In this document: positions 1 through 11,341 of the stretch, piece after piece
Layout of the letters: every line of letters begins with the position of its first letter
Numbering within the stretch: the stretch's first letter is position 1
Translations under genes and position numbers: made by a program
Assembly: GCA_963845245.1 (NCBI GenBank)
Contig: CAWJRJ010000002.1
Span: 1 to 64,000 of the forward strand
Reading direction: 5' to 3'
DNA: 64,000 nt
Origin: Nitrospirota bacterium
Lineage (GTDB): Bacteria; Nitrospirota; JACRHJ01
The notes under the pieces: model-generated
What the model saw: the letters and a program-made list of their open reading frames with translations, nothing else
Databases searched by the model: none
Told to the model about the DNA's origin: nothing

Positions 1-142
1 ATTCGTTCCCGCCCAGGGACGTCTCCGTGGAAGACGTCCATATGGCGACAACACCGAGCAGTGTCAGCATGACAAGGAACAATAGGGCCGTTATCAGCGC
101 CGCCCCGTCATCCCCTTTCAGTTTCTGGATTATCCGTTTCAA
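1..142 (-). CDS. pilX: PilX-like minor pilin, N-terminus only (runs off window)
   Basis: Manual translation from TTG at 142: MKRIIQKLKGDDG-AALITALLFLVMLTLLGVVAIWTSSTETSLGGNE. This is a pilin-like leader lacking Glu5, typical of PilX. GAGGTG RBS upstream; follows pilW. Confidence 0.8.
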   Translation of the reverse strand, partial: MKRIIQKLKGDDGAALITALLFLVMLTLLGVVAIWTSSTETSLGGNE

Positions 143-146
143 ATCA

Positions 147-3100
147 TCACCTCTTGAAAGTCACTGCAGGACTAGACTGCGCGCCTTCGTTGTTGCAGGA
201 ATCAACAGCCGACACCGTCAATGAGACTGTAACATTATTCGGGAAATCCGTTGTTGTTATAGTTGCAGAGTTGCTAGTAAACTCTTTGAATAAACACCAT
301 CTTTATAGATTCTATATTTTGACACGTCGTTTATGGTGGACCCGTCAGTATTTGTTCCCACGGCATTCCATGAGAATAAGGTGTTACTACCGGATTTAGT
401 AGGCGTCGTGACGCCGGTCACCTGTGACGGGGTATTGGAACATGGGTCTGTGGTCACCGCGAGGTTGGCGTTAACACCTGAACAACTTGTAATACCCGCA
501 TCTGTCGTGAAGTGGACCGTATCAGTAAGGCTTGAAATCGTTGTCGCGCCCTGTACAAGGGTAACACCGTTGTACAGAGACGGGTTTCCAGAGATGGTTA
601 TCCTTGCCGCGTTTGCGGACGTCGGCAAATCAATGCTCGGGTTGTAGAGCGGCTTGAATACCCCGCTGTCCCCGTCCACTTCGTACAAGGTGATGGAAGA
701 TGTCTCAGCCGCCGAAGAGATAGTCATGGTTATATCGCTCAGCGGGTCGTAGCCGTCACTCGGGGTCCATGCGCTACCGTCGTTTGCCCTGTCGCAGATG
801 AAAACAGTAAGGTCCACCTGGGCGGAGATGTCGAGCGGATGGTTGTTCCAGTGTGTGCTGATCGCGACCGACGGCGGGTCGACTGATACGGTACAGGTGG
901 CCGAACTGCCGGCGCAGATTATACCCTTGTTCGATGACGCGCTTTCCTTGGGCCCTGGGTCTGTGCATGAGTTCTTTGCCTTTACAGTATAGATCACAGG
1001 CTGCGAGAGGGCGGCCGGGTCGTCATAGGTGAGGGCCGTAAGGTCGGACGCTATAACCGCGGGACTTCCGCTAAAGCCTATCTGCTTGTAGACGTCGTAT
1101 TTGATGGTATCCGCAGTAGCCCCGGACGTCTGGATGTCGGAGCCGTCGGTGTACTTGGTCACAGCCGGCCAAGTGATATGGCCGTAATCCAATCCGCCAG
1201 TGGTCGTCTTTGTCGCCGTGATCACCGGCGCTATCGGGGTCTTGTCACATACGTTGAACATTTTCTGGTCATAGGTGAAATAACCGGAGCCGGCCGCAGG
1301 CGCAGTGTCGAAGTTTCCATCGGCATCCTTCGCAACGATATAATACCAGACCCTGAGCCCTTCCGAAATCGGTAGCCTGTTATCCGTGCTACCATCATTA
1401 AGAGTGAACAGGCTGCTGGTTGGGTTAAGCATATTCAACTGAGTGAACCCGGAACTGTCAACAGTGCTCACTCCCTGCCCGGTCGTCTTATAGTAGAGCC
1501 TGACCGTGGAAAGGGCTGCATCCGTATCGCTCACGTTTCCGTTGACGTTGACCTTCGTCCCGCCGTCTACTACTATCGACGGAAGTGTGATGCCTGTACT
1601 TCCAGGCACGAAGGCAAACGGAAGGGTAGGCGACTGAGGTTTGTCCTGTACGGTACCGGCGATAATCGGGCCAAGCGAGACATTTATCGTCCCGTTCCTG
1701 GAACAGGTGCCGTTTGTGGAGGTGTTTGTATATTTCGCATTCAACGTGATGGTCGTGTTCCTCATGTCAACGAATTGGTCCACGCTCCCGAGTGCGTTGG
1801 CAAACACAAGGGTTACCGGTATCGCCACCGATGGACCCACAGTGGTACCCAGGTCCGTGATCAATGGATTCGAGGTAAACGCGACGGATGCGATGCGGTT
1901 CGTACCTGACAAGGTCGACCCGTCCGGCACGGTAACGTCCTGCGAGTACGCTGCGGTACCGCCAAGCGGGGTTGACGGGCCTATGATCACTTTCTGCAGA
2001 TAGGCGTCGGTGTTGTTCCATGTTATGTTGTCGAGCCGCTGTATGCTGATATTGCAATCCGCCGTATTTACGATACTGAACTTGACGGCGTTGTGGAACA
2101 ACGAGCCACCGGGTATCGAGGAGAAACTCCCGAATACAGACACCTTGCCGCCGGTCTGCCCGTTGATGTCTCCAGGCGCGACACCGGTTATCTTCAAGGC
2201 ATCGGTGTCGGAAGTTATATCCGTCGTGTTGGCCCCGTTGACATATGCGCAGTCGGCGAGCCTGAACCAGTAGTCATAGTGGTGGCCGTCCGAATCGAGC
2301 GCAGGCGCCGTATCCGAGAAACTCGACCAGAGCGGCCCCCAGGTATTGACGCCCGGCACGAGATTGCCGTTTTCTCTTTTCTCTACATAGACCCCGGAGT
2401 AATCGTAGACGATACCGTCGCCGCCATATGAGAACGTAAAGTTTACAGGCTGCCTTGTTTCGATGCCGGTCGCGGAATCGTTATAAAGGCACCCACCGCT
2501 CTTGCCGACAACCAAACCACCATAGGCCTGGCCAGGCGGGTTCGGGTTCACACCGCCATTAATCGGCGGAGCGCCGGGGAACTGCGCGTCGTCGGCGCAG
2601 AGGCTTGGCGATACAGTGGCAGTGGTATTGTTGGTAGCATAGGTCCTGCAGCCGTAATGAGAGACCGCGAGCAATGTATATTCCGGAGCAGTAAGGTTGG
2701 GTTCGACATTGTTCGGGAGCACCGAGTTCTCGTCATTGAAGATCGTTGTGATGGTGCCGGTGCCGGTGAACTTGCCTGCAATGCCGCAATCGCTGTTGGG
2801 TAATACATAGTAATCGACAGTCGGGGAACCACTTGCGTCGAGATATGGGTTGGTGTAAGCACCACGCTTCCAATATATCATTGTGTACAGGAAGTCCGCA
2901 TCAGGACCCGACCGGGTGGGGTTTGTCAGGCCGACGAAAATCCTCTTATAACCGCCTTTCGTATTCTCGCTTAGGATTGGACGGGTCGGGTCAGCCGTGT
3001 TCGTGGGGGCTTTGACAAGGGTCGCGAAATCGGCTACGTCATAGTTTCGCACAAGCGTCTCGTCGCAGTTAACCGAACAGATCGCATATCTGTAGTCCTG

Positions 3101-4477
3101 GCATGTTTTCAGGCTGGGGTCGGCGTCGATATAGGTTGTGACTCCGGAAGTCAGTTGAGATTCGCTGGCAATAGGGCTATAGTAATTATAAATCGGCTGA
3201 GAGAAGACCCCTGAACCTTCCAGCCTGTATATCCTGTAACCTTTCGTCGCCTCGGGATCGCTCGCCCATGTCAGTTTTATCTGGTTCTGACCAATGGTGG
3301 GGTCTTCGATGATATTGAAGGCTGTAAAATTAGTGGGCGGAGTCGTAGGCTTGGTAACGTTGATGGCAGTGTCATCGCCGCTGCCGAATAATTTTATGCT
3401 CGGCGAAGGGTTGGCGTTGACAGGATCACATAACGGGCCGAAATTCAGGGAGTTGTCATAGGCCCTTGCCCAGACATAATAAATAGTAGGGTTTGTGTCG
3501 CCTGCCTTGCTGACGTATAAACCAGGGATGGTCCATGTAGGGTTAGACCTGTCTGTAAGGCTTTCTATGGGTACGGTCACGGAACCTTCGGCACCTGTAG
3601 TTAGACTTCGCCCCCAGTAAAGGACATAGCCCGCGACATCGGGTTCAGGATTTTTATCCCACTTTGCGCTAAGGTTGCCAAAGTCCGGCCCGTTGCACTG
3701 GCATGTGTCAACTACGTGCAAACCAGTCACCACTCCAGGCGCGAGCTGGTCGTTTACGGTCTCGGTCGTGCGGAGGTTGACCGGGATGACCGTGAACGAA
3801 TTGGTGAGGACGACGGGACTGCCCGTAAGCGGGTCGTTCTTCGTGGATTGCGACTGGATTATCACCTCGATCTTTACTATCAGGTTCCTGTTTACCTGGT
3901 TGACATAAGCTCCGGACAGGGTGTTATAATCCATCGGATTCAGCGGGTCGCTCATTTTATAATATTTAAATGTAAGAAGGCTTACATCCTCTATCGCCGG
4001 CTTATTCTGGTCAGGGAAATTGACCGTGTCCAGGCTTGTCGGTAATGGAACCCAGTGTAGCAGGTCGTCGTCAAAATCGGTATATACTTCCCTATACAGG
4101 TTATTCTTACCGGTAGCGGGGTCTGTCTTAACGTAATATTTTATTATCCTGTTCTGGCCGGCTATCGCAGTGGGAGAATCCATCTGTCTGTCAAAAACAA
4201 TCATGTTCTGTGTGGCCATGAGTATCTTATCATTAGGCCCTTTATTAACGTGGTATTGTTTGGACCTGTATCCGGCCATAGCCAGGTCCTGCTGCAGGTA
4301 GTCCACTGCAACACGGCCTACCTGCTGCGTCTGCGCCTTTAACTCCTGGGATACCGAGATCTTGTGCATTTGGATATAGACCTCATATATCCCGGCTATC
4401 ACAATACTCAGGATGACAAGGGATATCATCAGTTCTATGAGTGTGAAACCTTTGTTTTTCAGGTCGCAGGGCTTCAT
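147..4477 (-). CDS. pilW: Giant PilW-position minor pilin with multiple fibronectin-III-like domains (frameshift near 290; reconstructed stop at 147)
   Basis: N-terminal KG|FTLIELMISLVILSIV prepilin motif, then PilW-like 'DLAMAGY'. At least 4 FN3-like units (W...GY.IY...Y.V.A). An alternative frame continues FKEFTSNSAT...VSAVDSCNNEGAQSSPAVTFKR* to 147. Confidence 0.85.
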
Positions 4478-4491
4478 GGTTTCCTCGGGTT

Positions 4492-4881
4492 TTATTGTTT
4501 TGCGATTACGGATGATAGTCTTACCTCATGGGTGGCGCCTTTTACTACCCAGGTCACGCTGACGGTGGCTTTACGCATGTTGAGGTCCGGGTCCTTTGTC
4601 GTCCAGTATCTCGTCTTGTATACGACATAAGGGTCTGCAGTAGAAACACCGGTGCTATTCGAGGTAAGGTTCGCAAAGGCAGTCAGTTTCAGAACTTCTA
4701 TCTGTTTACCGGCCAGGTTCGTGGCCTTGCTTAAATTCCTGCCCTCTGCGTTCCCGCCTATGGCATAGACAAACATGCCTACCACCCCGAGCATGCCGAC
4801 CGCCAATATAGAGAGGGATACCATCAGCTCAAGAAGCGTGAAGCCGCCCTTATCTTTCAGGATTTTAATTAATCTACCCAT
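4492..4881 (-). CDS. pilV: Type IV pilus modification protein PilV-like
   Basis: GG|FTLLELMVSLSILAVGMLG prepilin motif; 129 aa; lies between fimT and pilW. Confidence 0.85.
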   Translation of the reverse strand: MGRLIKILKDKGGFTLLELMVSLSILAVGMLGVVGMFVYAIGGNAEGRNLSKATNLAGKQIEVLKLTAFANLTSNSTGVSTADPYVVYKTRYWTTKDPDLNMRKATVSVTWVVKGATHEVRLSSVIAKQ

Positions 4882-5424
4882 GTGATGCCTTCCAGATGTT
4901 GAACAGTTACTTTCCCGGTTACCTCTGTGACAATTACCCGGAACTCTTCATTGTTGTTTATCGGGTTGTTGCGTATATAAACGGCGCCTTGCCCTCGCAG
5001 ATCTCCATTATTATCGACCGAGGCGGTGCCATCGGAATTAAACTTGACGTAACCGGATATCGTTGTCGGATTTTAATTCAGGTATATCCGCATGAGAACC
5101 CACTCCTAACAGGTCGATCCCAACCCAATTACGGGCGGTTGAGTCTTGTTCCTGCACAAAGGCACCGGCAACCAGCGGCCCCATCTCAAATGAATTGGTA
5201 GGAGTATAATGGAACCTGACCTCATAAGTTGTATTTTTTGCTATAGCTTTCATCCTGGCCATCTGCAAGATATCCGAGACATCCATCACGGCGCCTTTCA
5301 GGCGAAGGTGGGGCAGCATCTTGAGATAATTCGGTATCGCGATAGCGGCCATTATGCCTATTATGGCGACCACCACCATAAGCTCAAGCAGAGTAAAACC
5401 CTTATTGTTCAAGACGCTTTTCAT
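4869..5424 (-). CDS. fimT: FimT/GspH-family minor pilin (one frameshift near 5072)
   Basis: KG|FTLLELMVVVAIIGIMAAIAIP and 'LQMARMKAI'. Second frame continues PTTISGYVKFNSDG...VTGKVTVQHLEGITWVD* to 4869. ATG at 5424 with GAGGTAGGGG RBS. Confidence 0.85.
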
Positions 5425-5451
5425 ATCCCCTACCTCTCGGCATATAAACAA

Positions 5452-5467
5452 AGCAATTTACGTGCCA
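5452..5467 (-). promoter_or_regulatory. sigma54 -24/-12 promoter of the minor pilin operon
   Basis: Minus strand reads TGGCACGTAAATTGCT, matching TGGCACG-N4-TTGCW, 28 bp upstream of the fimT ATG. Confidence 0.85.
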
Positions 5468-5495
5468 TCGACATTAGAGTTGATAATAGCATGAA

Positions 5496-5508
5496 AATCA
5501 AAAGGTTG
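5496..5508 (+). promoter_or_regulatory. IHF-binding site
   Basis: AATCAAAAGGTTG matches WATCAANNNNTTR and lies between the sigma54 site and the putative enhancers. Confidence 0.65.
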
Positions 5509-5540
5509 TAAATTAATAATTTTTCAAATAAAGACTGGAT

Positions 5541-5578
5541 GTGTAGCCGGTTACACATCATTATGTAGCCGGTTACAC
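5541..5578. promoter_or_regulatory. Tandem palindromic enhancer (UAS) sites for a sigma54 activator
   Basis: TGTAGCCGGTTACAC occurs twice (5542-5556, 5564-5578), 22 bp apart; each is a TGTA-N6-TACA near-palindrome. Confidence 0.65.
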
Positions 5579-6945
5579 TATACCGTAGTCCTTGATCTTT
5601 GTGAGCAGCGTCTTGTAGCTTACAGAGAGCAGCTCGGCGGCCCTGGTCTTGTTGCCCTGGCATGCGGAAAGCGCATCCCTTATGGCCATCACCTCAGCCT
5701 CGCGGGCGGCCTTCTCGGCGACGGATTGCAGCCCTTCACTTTTGCGGGTGGCAGTTGTAGCGGCATCGAAGCGACGGCTTCCACACCGAGATGCGCCGGT
5801 GTGATCTCATCCCCGTCGCAGATTATGACAGCCCTCTCGATGCAGTTCTCAAGCTCGCGCACGTTGCCCTTCCAGGGGCGGCTTGATAGTGCAGCAAGCG
5901 CGCCGGGCGATATCCCGATTGCCGGCTTTTTCATCTCCCGGCAGTACTTATCAAGAAAGTAGCCTACAAGCTGCGGGATGTCCTCAAGCCGTTCCCTCAA
6001 AGGCGGGATATGCACCGGGAACACGTTCAGCCTGAAGAACAGGTCTTCCCTGAACCTGCCCTCGGAGACGGCCGCGGCAAGGTCGCGGTTGCTTGCCGCT
6101 ACCACCCTGACGTCTATGCTCCTGGGCTCCGAGCCGCCGACCCGCTCGATCTGCTCGCCCTGCAGCACCCTCAGGAGCTTCGCCTGGAGAGAGATGTCGA
6201 GTTCGCCCACCTCGTCCAGGAAGATAGTGCCCTTGTCGGCAAGCTCGAATTTGCCGAACCTTCTCGACTCGGCGCCTGTGAACGCACCTTTCTCGTGTCC
6301 GAAAAGCTCGGACTCCAGGAGGTCCTTTGGTATGGCGGCGCAGTTTATGGCCACAAAAGGCCCGTTTGCCCTGGGCGAATAGTGGTGGAGCGCCCGCGCA
6401 AACAGCTCTTTGCCGGTCCCTGACTCGCCCGTGATAAGCACGGTGGCCTTCGCCGGGGCAGCCTTCTTGATCAGCTCAAGCGTCCCTGCAAGCGCCCTGC
6501 TTTCCCCGATTATCTTCGGGAAGCCCAGCGTCTCCGAGAACTCTTCCTTGAGCACGATGTTCTCGGCGGCGATATGCCCGGATTCAAGGGCCTTCTCGAT
6601 CAGGACAAGCAGGTGGGACGTATCGAACGGTTTGGTCAGGAAGTCATATGCGCCCGCTTTCACCGCCTCGACCGCAGTCTCGATGCTCCCGAACGCCGTC
6701 ATCATGATCACGGGAAGGAAGGGCCTTTTCTCCTTCAGAAGCCTCAGCATCTCAAGGCCGGACATTCCGGGAAGCTTCAGGTCCGTAAGGACCAGGTCGA
6801 TACGACCCCTGAGCGCACTGTCCAGGCCTTCTTCCGCGCTTGATGCCGTGACGGCACGGTACCCTTCGGCCGCCAGGGTCTTGGCGAGCATATCTGCCAT
6901 CGCCTTTTTGTCTTCGACTACCAGTACTATGTATTCCTGGTCCAT
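5573..6945 (-). CDS. sigma54-dependent response regulator, NtrC/PilR family (frameshift near 5740)
   Basis: Receiver domain (DLKLPGMSG), Walker A GESGTGKE and GAFTGA loop. HTH 'GNKTRAAELLSVSYKTLLTKIKDYGIV*' is in another frame ending at 5573. Confidence 0.92.
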
Positions 6946-8490
6946 TACACGTTCCTCTCAAGCGGCCGGGCCGGGAGATATACGGTAAAAGTCGAACCCT
7001 TGCCAGGGGCGCTGCGCACCATGATCCTGCCGCCGTGATAGATTATTATCTTCTGTACGAGAGCAAGGCCAAGCCCGGTACCCTTGGCCTTTGTCGTAAA
7101 GAACGGCATGAAGATCTTGGAGAACTGTTTCTCGTCCATCCCCACTCCATTATCGATAACATCAACCGTTATGTAGTCGCCTTTAGGAAGGCTGATCCCG
7201 GCAGCCGGTGATGTCCCGGAGTTATACAGGCCGGTTTTAACGCTGACGTCCCCTTTGTCTGTAATTGATTCGATCGAGTTCTTTATTATATTTATAAAGG
7301 CCTGCCTTAAAAGCACCGCGTCGCCTTCAATAACTGGAAGACCCTCATCCCTCATAAATCTTCGTTCAACCGACTCCCCTGTCCCGGAAAGGGCCTTCAG
7401 AGACTCATCAAGAAGCGCATTGACGTCAACCTCGGTAATAGTTAGGTTAGTCGGTTGGCTGAAATTCATGAACTCGCGGATTATCTCGTCCATGCCTTTT
7501 ATCTCAGCCCGCATGCTGTTTACCGCCTCGAGAGCGGATGGGTCGCCGCTGAGGCTTCTGGCAAGGAATTCCGCATATCCGGATATCACGCCCATGGGGT
7601 TTCTGAGCTCGTGGGCGATCCCTGCCGACATCTCGCCCAGGACGGATATCCGTTCTTTCAGCTCCATGCGCTCACGAAGCCCTTTTACCTCGGTGATATC
7701 GGTAAAGACAAGTATCACCCCTGAGATTGCGCCGTCGTCAGCCTTCAAGAGAGAAGTGCTGGCGCCAAGCCATTTCTGGCCTCCTCCGACATTAAGCTCA
7801 CCCTCTCCACGTTTCTCAGGGCGTCCATCCGATATTGCCTTCTCGATGAGCCTGGCAAGCCAGGAGTCCGGACCAAATACATCTGTATAGTTTTTACCTA
7901 TGCAGGAGCTTTCGGCCATCTCCAGATATATTCCCGGATGCAGCGTTCGAGGTGACCACAACCCCTTGCCTGTCAAAGGTCATGACACCGCTTTGAATAC
8001 TTTTCAGGATATTTTCGTTGTAGGCCTCTATAGACTTTGCCCGCTCTTCCGCCTGCTCTTTGAGCTCCTGCAGCTCTTTTTCCTTCTCTTTGAGGGTGCT
8101 TACCATCGAGTGGAAGGTATCGACCACGAAGGAGACGTTATTCCTGTCATCGGGTACACTGCCCGCATCACCCGTTGAGCTGTGAAGTATCCGCCTCTGT
8201 GCGATAATCGCGGCCCTTATCAGATAAAAGATAACAAGGGCCGAGAAAACCACAACCATGGACTTTAAAAAGAAATACGTAGTGTCCTGCTGGCTATCGT
8301 CCTTCGTATCCGTAGCGGCAGTTTCAGAAAGTTTTCTTGTTTTATTCCCTGTATCTTTCCCCAGATATGGCCTTACATTGGATATAGCCTTAAAGCTGCC
8401 GAGGCTTAAGACCGCCACCATTACGGCCAGCAAGAGCACCCCGGCAATAAAATAACCTTTAAATATTGAACTGCGGCCTTCCCCCATCAA
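6945..8490 (-). CDS. Membrane PAS sensor histidine kinase, PilS/NtrB-like (split into ORFs 7894-8490 and 6945-7976)
   Basis: 2 TM helices, coiled coil, PAS 'ILKSIQSGVMTFD', H-box AHELRNP, N/G boxes (DNGVG, GTGLGL). Confidence 0.9.
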
Positions 8491-8496
8491 CTCCCC

Positions 8497-9276
8497 TTAG
8501 CCCTTGGGCGATTCCTTTTCGTAGCCTTTCAAAAAAGGCTTTATGAGCTCTAGCGGAAGTGGAACTATAATTGTGGAGTTTTTGTCGCCGGACATGGCAA
8601 GTATGGTCTGCAGGTATCTGAGCTGTAATGCCGCAGGCTGGGTCTGGATGATCTCCGCGGCGTCCGCTATCTTCTGCGAGGCCTGGAACTCGCCTTCGGC
8701 ACTGATGACCTTTGCCCTCCTCGCCCTCTCCGCCTCGGCCTGCATCGCGATGGCCCTCTGCATGCTCTCGGGGAGGTCGACGTTTTTGACCTCAACGTTT
8801 GTCACCTTGATGCCCCAGGGTTCGGTCTGCTGGTCGATAATCTTCTGAAGCTCGATATTTATCTCATCCCGTTTGGCAAGCAGGTCGTCCAGCTGGCTCT
8901 GGCCAAGGACACTCCGGAGGGTGGTCTGCGCGATAAGGGAGGTGGCGTAATAGAAGTCCTCGACTTCCACGACCGCCCTCCTTGCGTCCATGACCTTGAA
9001 ATAGATTACCGCGTTGACCTTTACCGTTACGTTGTCGCGCGTTATAACGTCCTGCGAAGGCACGTCCATGGTGACGGTACTGAGGCCGACCCGCACTATC
9101 TTCTGTATTACCGGAAGGACGATGATAAGGCCAGGCCCCCTCACGCCGCGCTCAAGGTCAACGCGCCCGAGGGTGAACAATACGCCGCGCTCGTACTCTT
9201 TCAGTATCTTAACTGAGTTTGCAAGGACCATGACTATTATCGCTACAGCAACCGCAAAACCTGATATTCCGTACAT
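8497..9276 (-). CDS. SPFH/stomatin-like (slipin) protein
   Basis: [37 protein letters not shown] motifs; follows nfeD. Confidence 0.93.
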   Translation of the reverse strand: MYGISGFAVAVAIIVMVLANSVKILKEYERGVLFTLGRVDLERGVRGPGLIIVLPVIQKIVRVGLSTVTMDVPSQDVITRDNVTVKVNAVIYFKVMDARRAVVEVEDFYYATSLIAQTTLRSVLGQSQLDDLLAKRDEINIELQKIIDQQTEPWGIKVTNVEVKNVDLPESMQRAIAMQAEAERARRAKVISAEGEFQASQKIADAAEIIQTQPAALQLRYLQTILAMSGDKNSTIIVPLPLELIKPFLKGYEKESPKG

Positions 9277-9291
9277 TTTGCCTCCTTTATA

Positions 9292-10597
9292 TCATGGTTT
9301 CTTCGTGACCTTCAGCTTCAAGCCTTCGACTTTTAAAACTACGACCTTATCCCCCTTTCGAACAGGCAGGTCGGAATAGGCCCCCCAGTGAGCCCCTTGG
9401 ATAAATACATCGCCTTGCAGGTCGATGTCGGTACGCGCCTCACCTTCCTCCCCGACAAGGCCATCAGCGCCGCCGGTCACCTTTGACCTCCTGGACCTTA
9501 TCGCGACCCGTATGAGTATAACGAAGAAGCCCGCGAGCGTAATGACGGCGGGGAGTATCACTTTAAGCGATATCTTCAGGTACGGCACATGGGAGTCTAT
9601 CAGCATCACAGACCCCAGGAACAGCGATACGACCCCTGCCACGGCCAGCAGGCCATGGCTGATTATTTTGACCTCGGCAATGAAGAAGACTATCGCAAGC
9701 AGGATAAGGAACATGCCGGCATAGTTGACGGGCAAGGCCTGGAATGCATAGAAAGCCAGGATAAGCGATATACCGCCTACGACTCCCGGGAAGATCAGGC
9801 CGGGGTTTGAAAGTTCAAAGAAGAGGCCTATGATGCCGATCATCATCAGGATATAGGCTATGTTCGGGTCGCTTATGACCATAAGGAACTTGAGCCTCCG
9901 GCTCAAACCTTCTCTTTCCACCATGGCGCCTTTTGTGTTCAGCTTCTTTTCACCAGTGGCGGTAACGACCATCCTGCCGTCCACTTTGTTCAAGCAGGTC
10001 TTGAAGGTTATCTGCAACAAGGTCGATAACATTATTTTTCAAGGCGTCGGCCTCGGTTATCGACACGCTTTTCCTTACGGCCTGCTCCGCCCACTGTGTG
10101 TTTCTTTTATATTTGGAGGCGAGGCTGACTATGTATGCCGCGGAATCGTTTTCCACCTTTTCCGACATCACCTTGTCCAGGGTCGGGCCGCCCATGTTGA
10201 CGGGGTGCGCGGCCCCGATATTTGTGCCGGGCGCCATTGCCGCAACTGGAGAGGCAAGGGTGATGAATACGCCCGCCGAGGCCGCCCTGGCCCCGCTTGG
10301 AGAAACGAATGTTATGACCGGCACGGGCGATGCCAGTATCTCCTTCACCATCCGCCGCATTGAAGTATCGAGTCCGCCGGGGGTGTCCAGCAGGATGACG
10401 ACCGCCTCGGCATTCCTGTCCGCCGCCTTTTTCAAGCCCTTCTCGAGGTATTCCGCCGTTACCGGGCTTATTACGCCGTCGATGTCGAGTACCTCGACCA
10501 CCCTGGCATCCGCGGATGCCGCGGCCTGAGGCGCAGAAAAAATTATCCCAGGTAAAAAAAGGAAAAGAAAAGGAAGGAACAGAATCCGGGTTAGCAT
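9292..10597 (-). CDS. nfeD: NfeD/STOPP membrane-bound ClpP-class serine protease (frameshifted)
   Basis: DTPGG, ARAASAG and PGTNIGAAHPV motifs, then TM bundle and C-terminal OB fold in ORF 9292-10032. Confidence 0.9.
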
Positions 10598-10672
10598 GCA
10601 GTATCTCCTGTGGTTTGCCTGTAGGTCAAACCGCCATGTCAGAACCGATTATAGTAACCCTTAATTCCAATG

Positions 10673-11336
10673 TCAATCGCGCATTTTTTCCGTGTCCATC
10701 AGCTGTATTGAAGATTTAGCCCGTAACTCATTAAGGTAGTCGTCCAGTTTCTTGCCGGCTTCCTTTTCAACCAGCAGGCCGTTTATCTCTTCCTGGACCT
10801 TATCGAAGCTTTTATCCCCGAACTTGTCCCGGTTTTCATCATAGTATTTTTTCTGGTCTTCAAGGGTGACCCTCACAAAGGACTTGATCCTCCTGTCAAC
10901 ATATTTAGCCGCAAGGAGCTGGTCCCTCAGGTTTTCTTTCAGTTCGGCCGGGGTTATGCCCTCTTTGTTCAAGGCGCTCAAGAACGCATCCTCGGATGGA
11001 AAACCCTGCCTGACTGAACCATACGCCTTCTCCACTTCTTCGTCCGTAACCTGGACAAGGTTGAACTTCTTTGCATCCTCAAGGATCAGGATACGGTTTA
11101 TGAGAGAGTCCAGGACCTCTTTCCGAAGGCCCGGCGCAGGCTTTTTCCCTTCGGCCTCAAGCCTCAATACCTCAGCATCAAAGGCACGGTCTACCTCGCT
11201 TTTGGTTATTACCCTGCCGTTGACGACCGCGTCTATCCTGTCAATAAGAAAAGCGGCGGCCTCTCCGGTCCAAATATGCATGATGAACAGCGCCACGGCA
11301 AGGGCCGCAGCCAGTCTTGACCAATTTATTTTTCAT
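10673..11336 (-). CDS. SurA N-terminal-domain periplasmic chaperone
   Basis: 'IDRIDAVVNGRVITKSEV...LDSLINRILIL' and 'YLNELRAKSSI'. Signal peptide starts at ATG ~11336 with one extra A. Confidence 0.85.
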
Positions 11337-11341
11337 CATAA

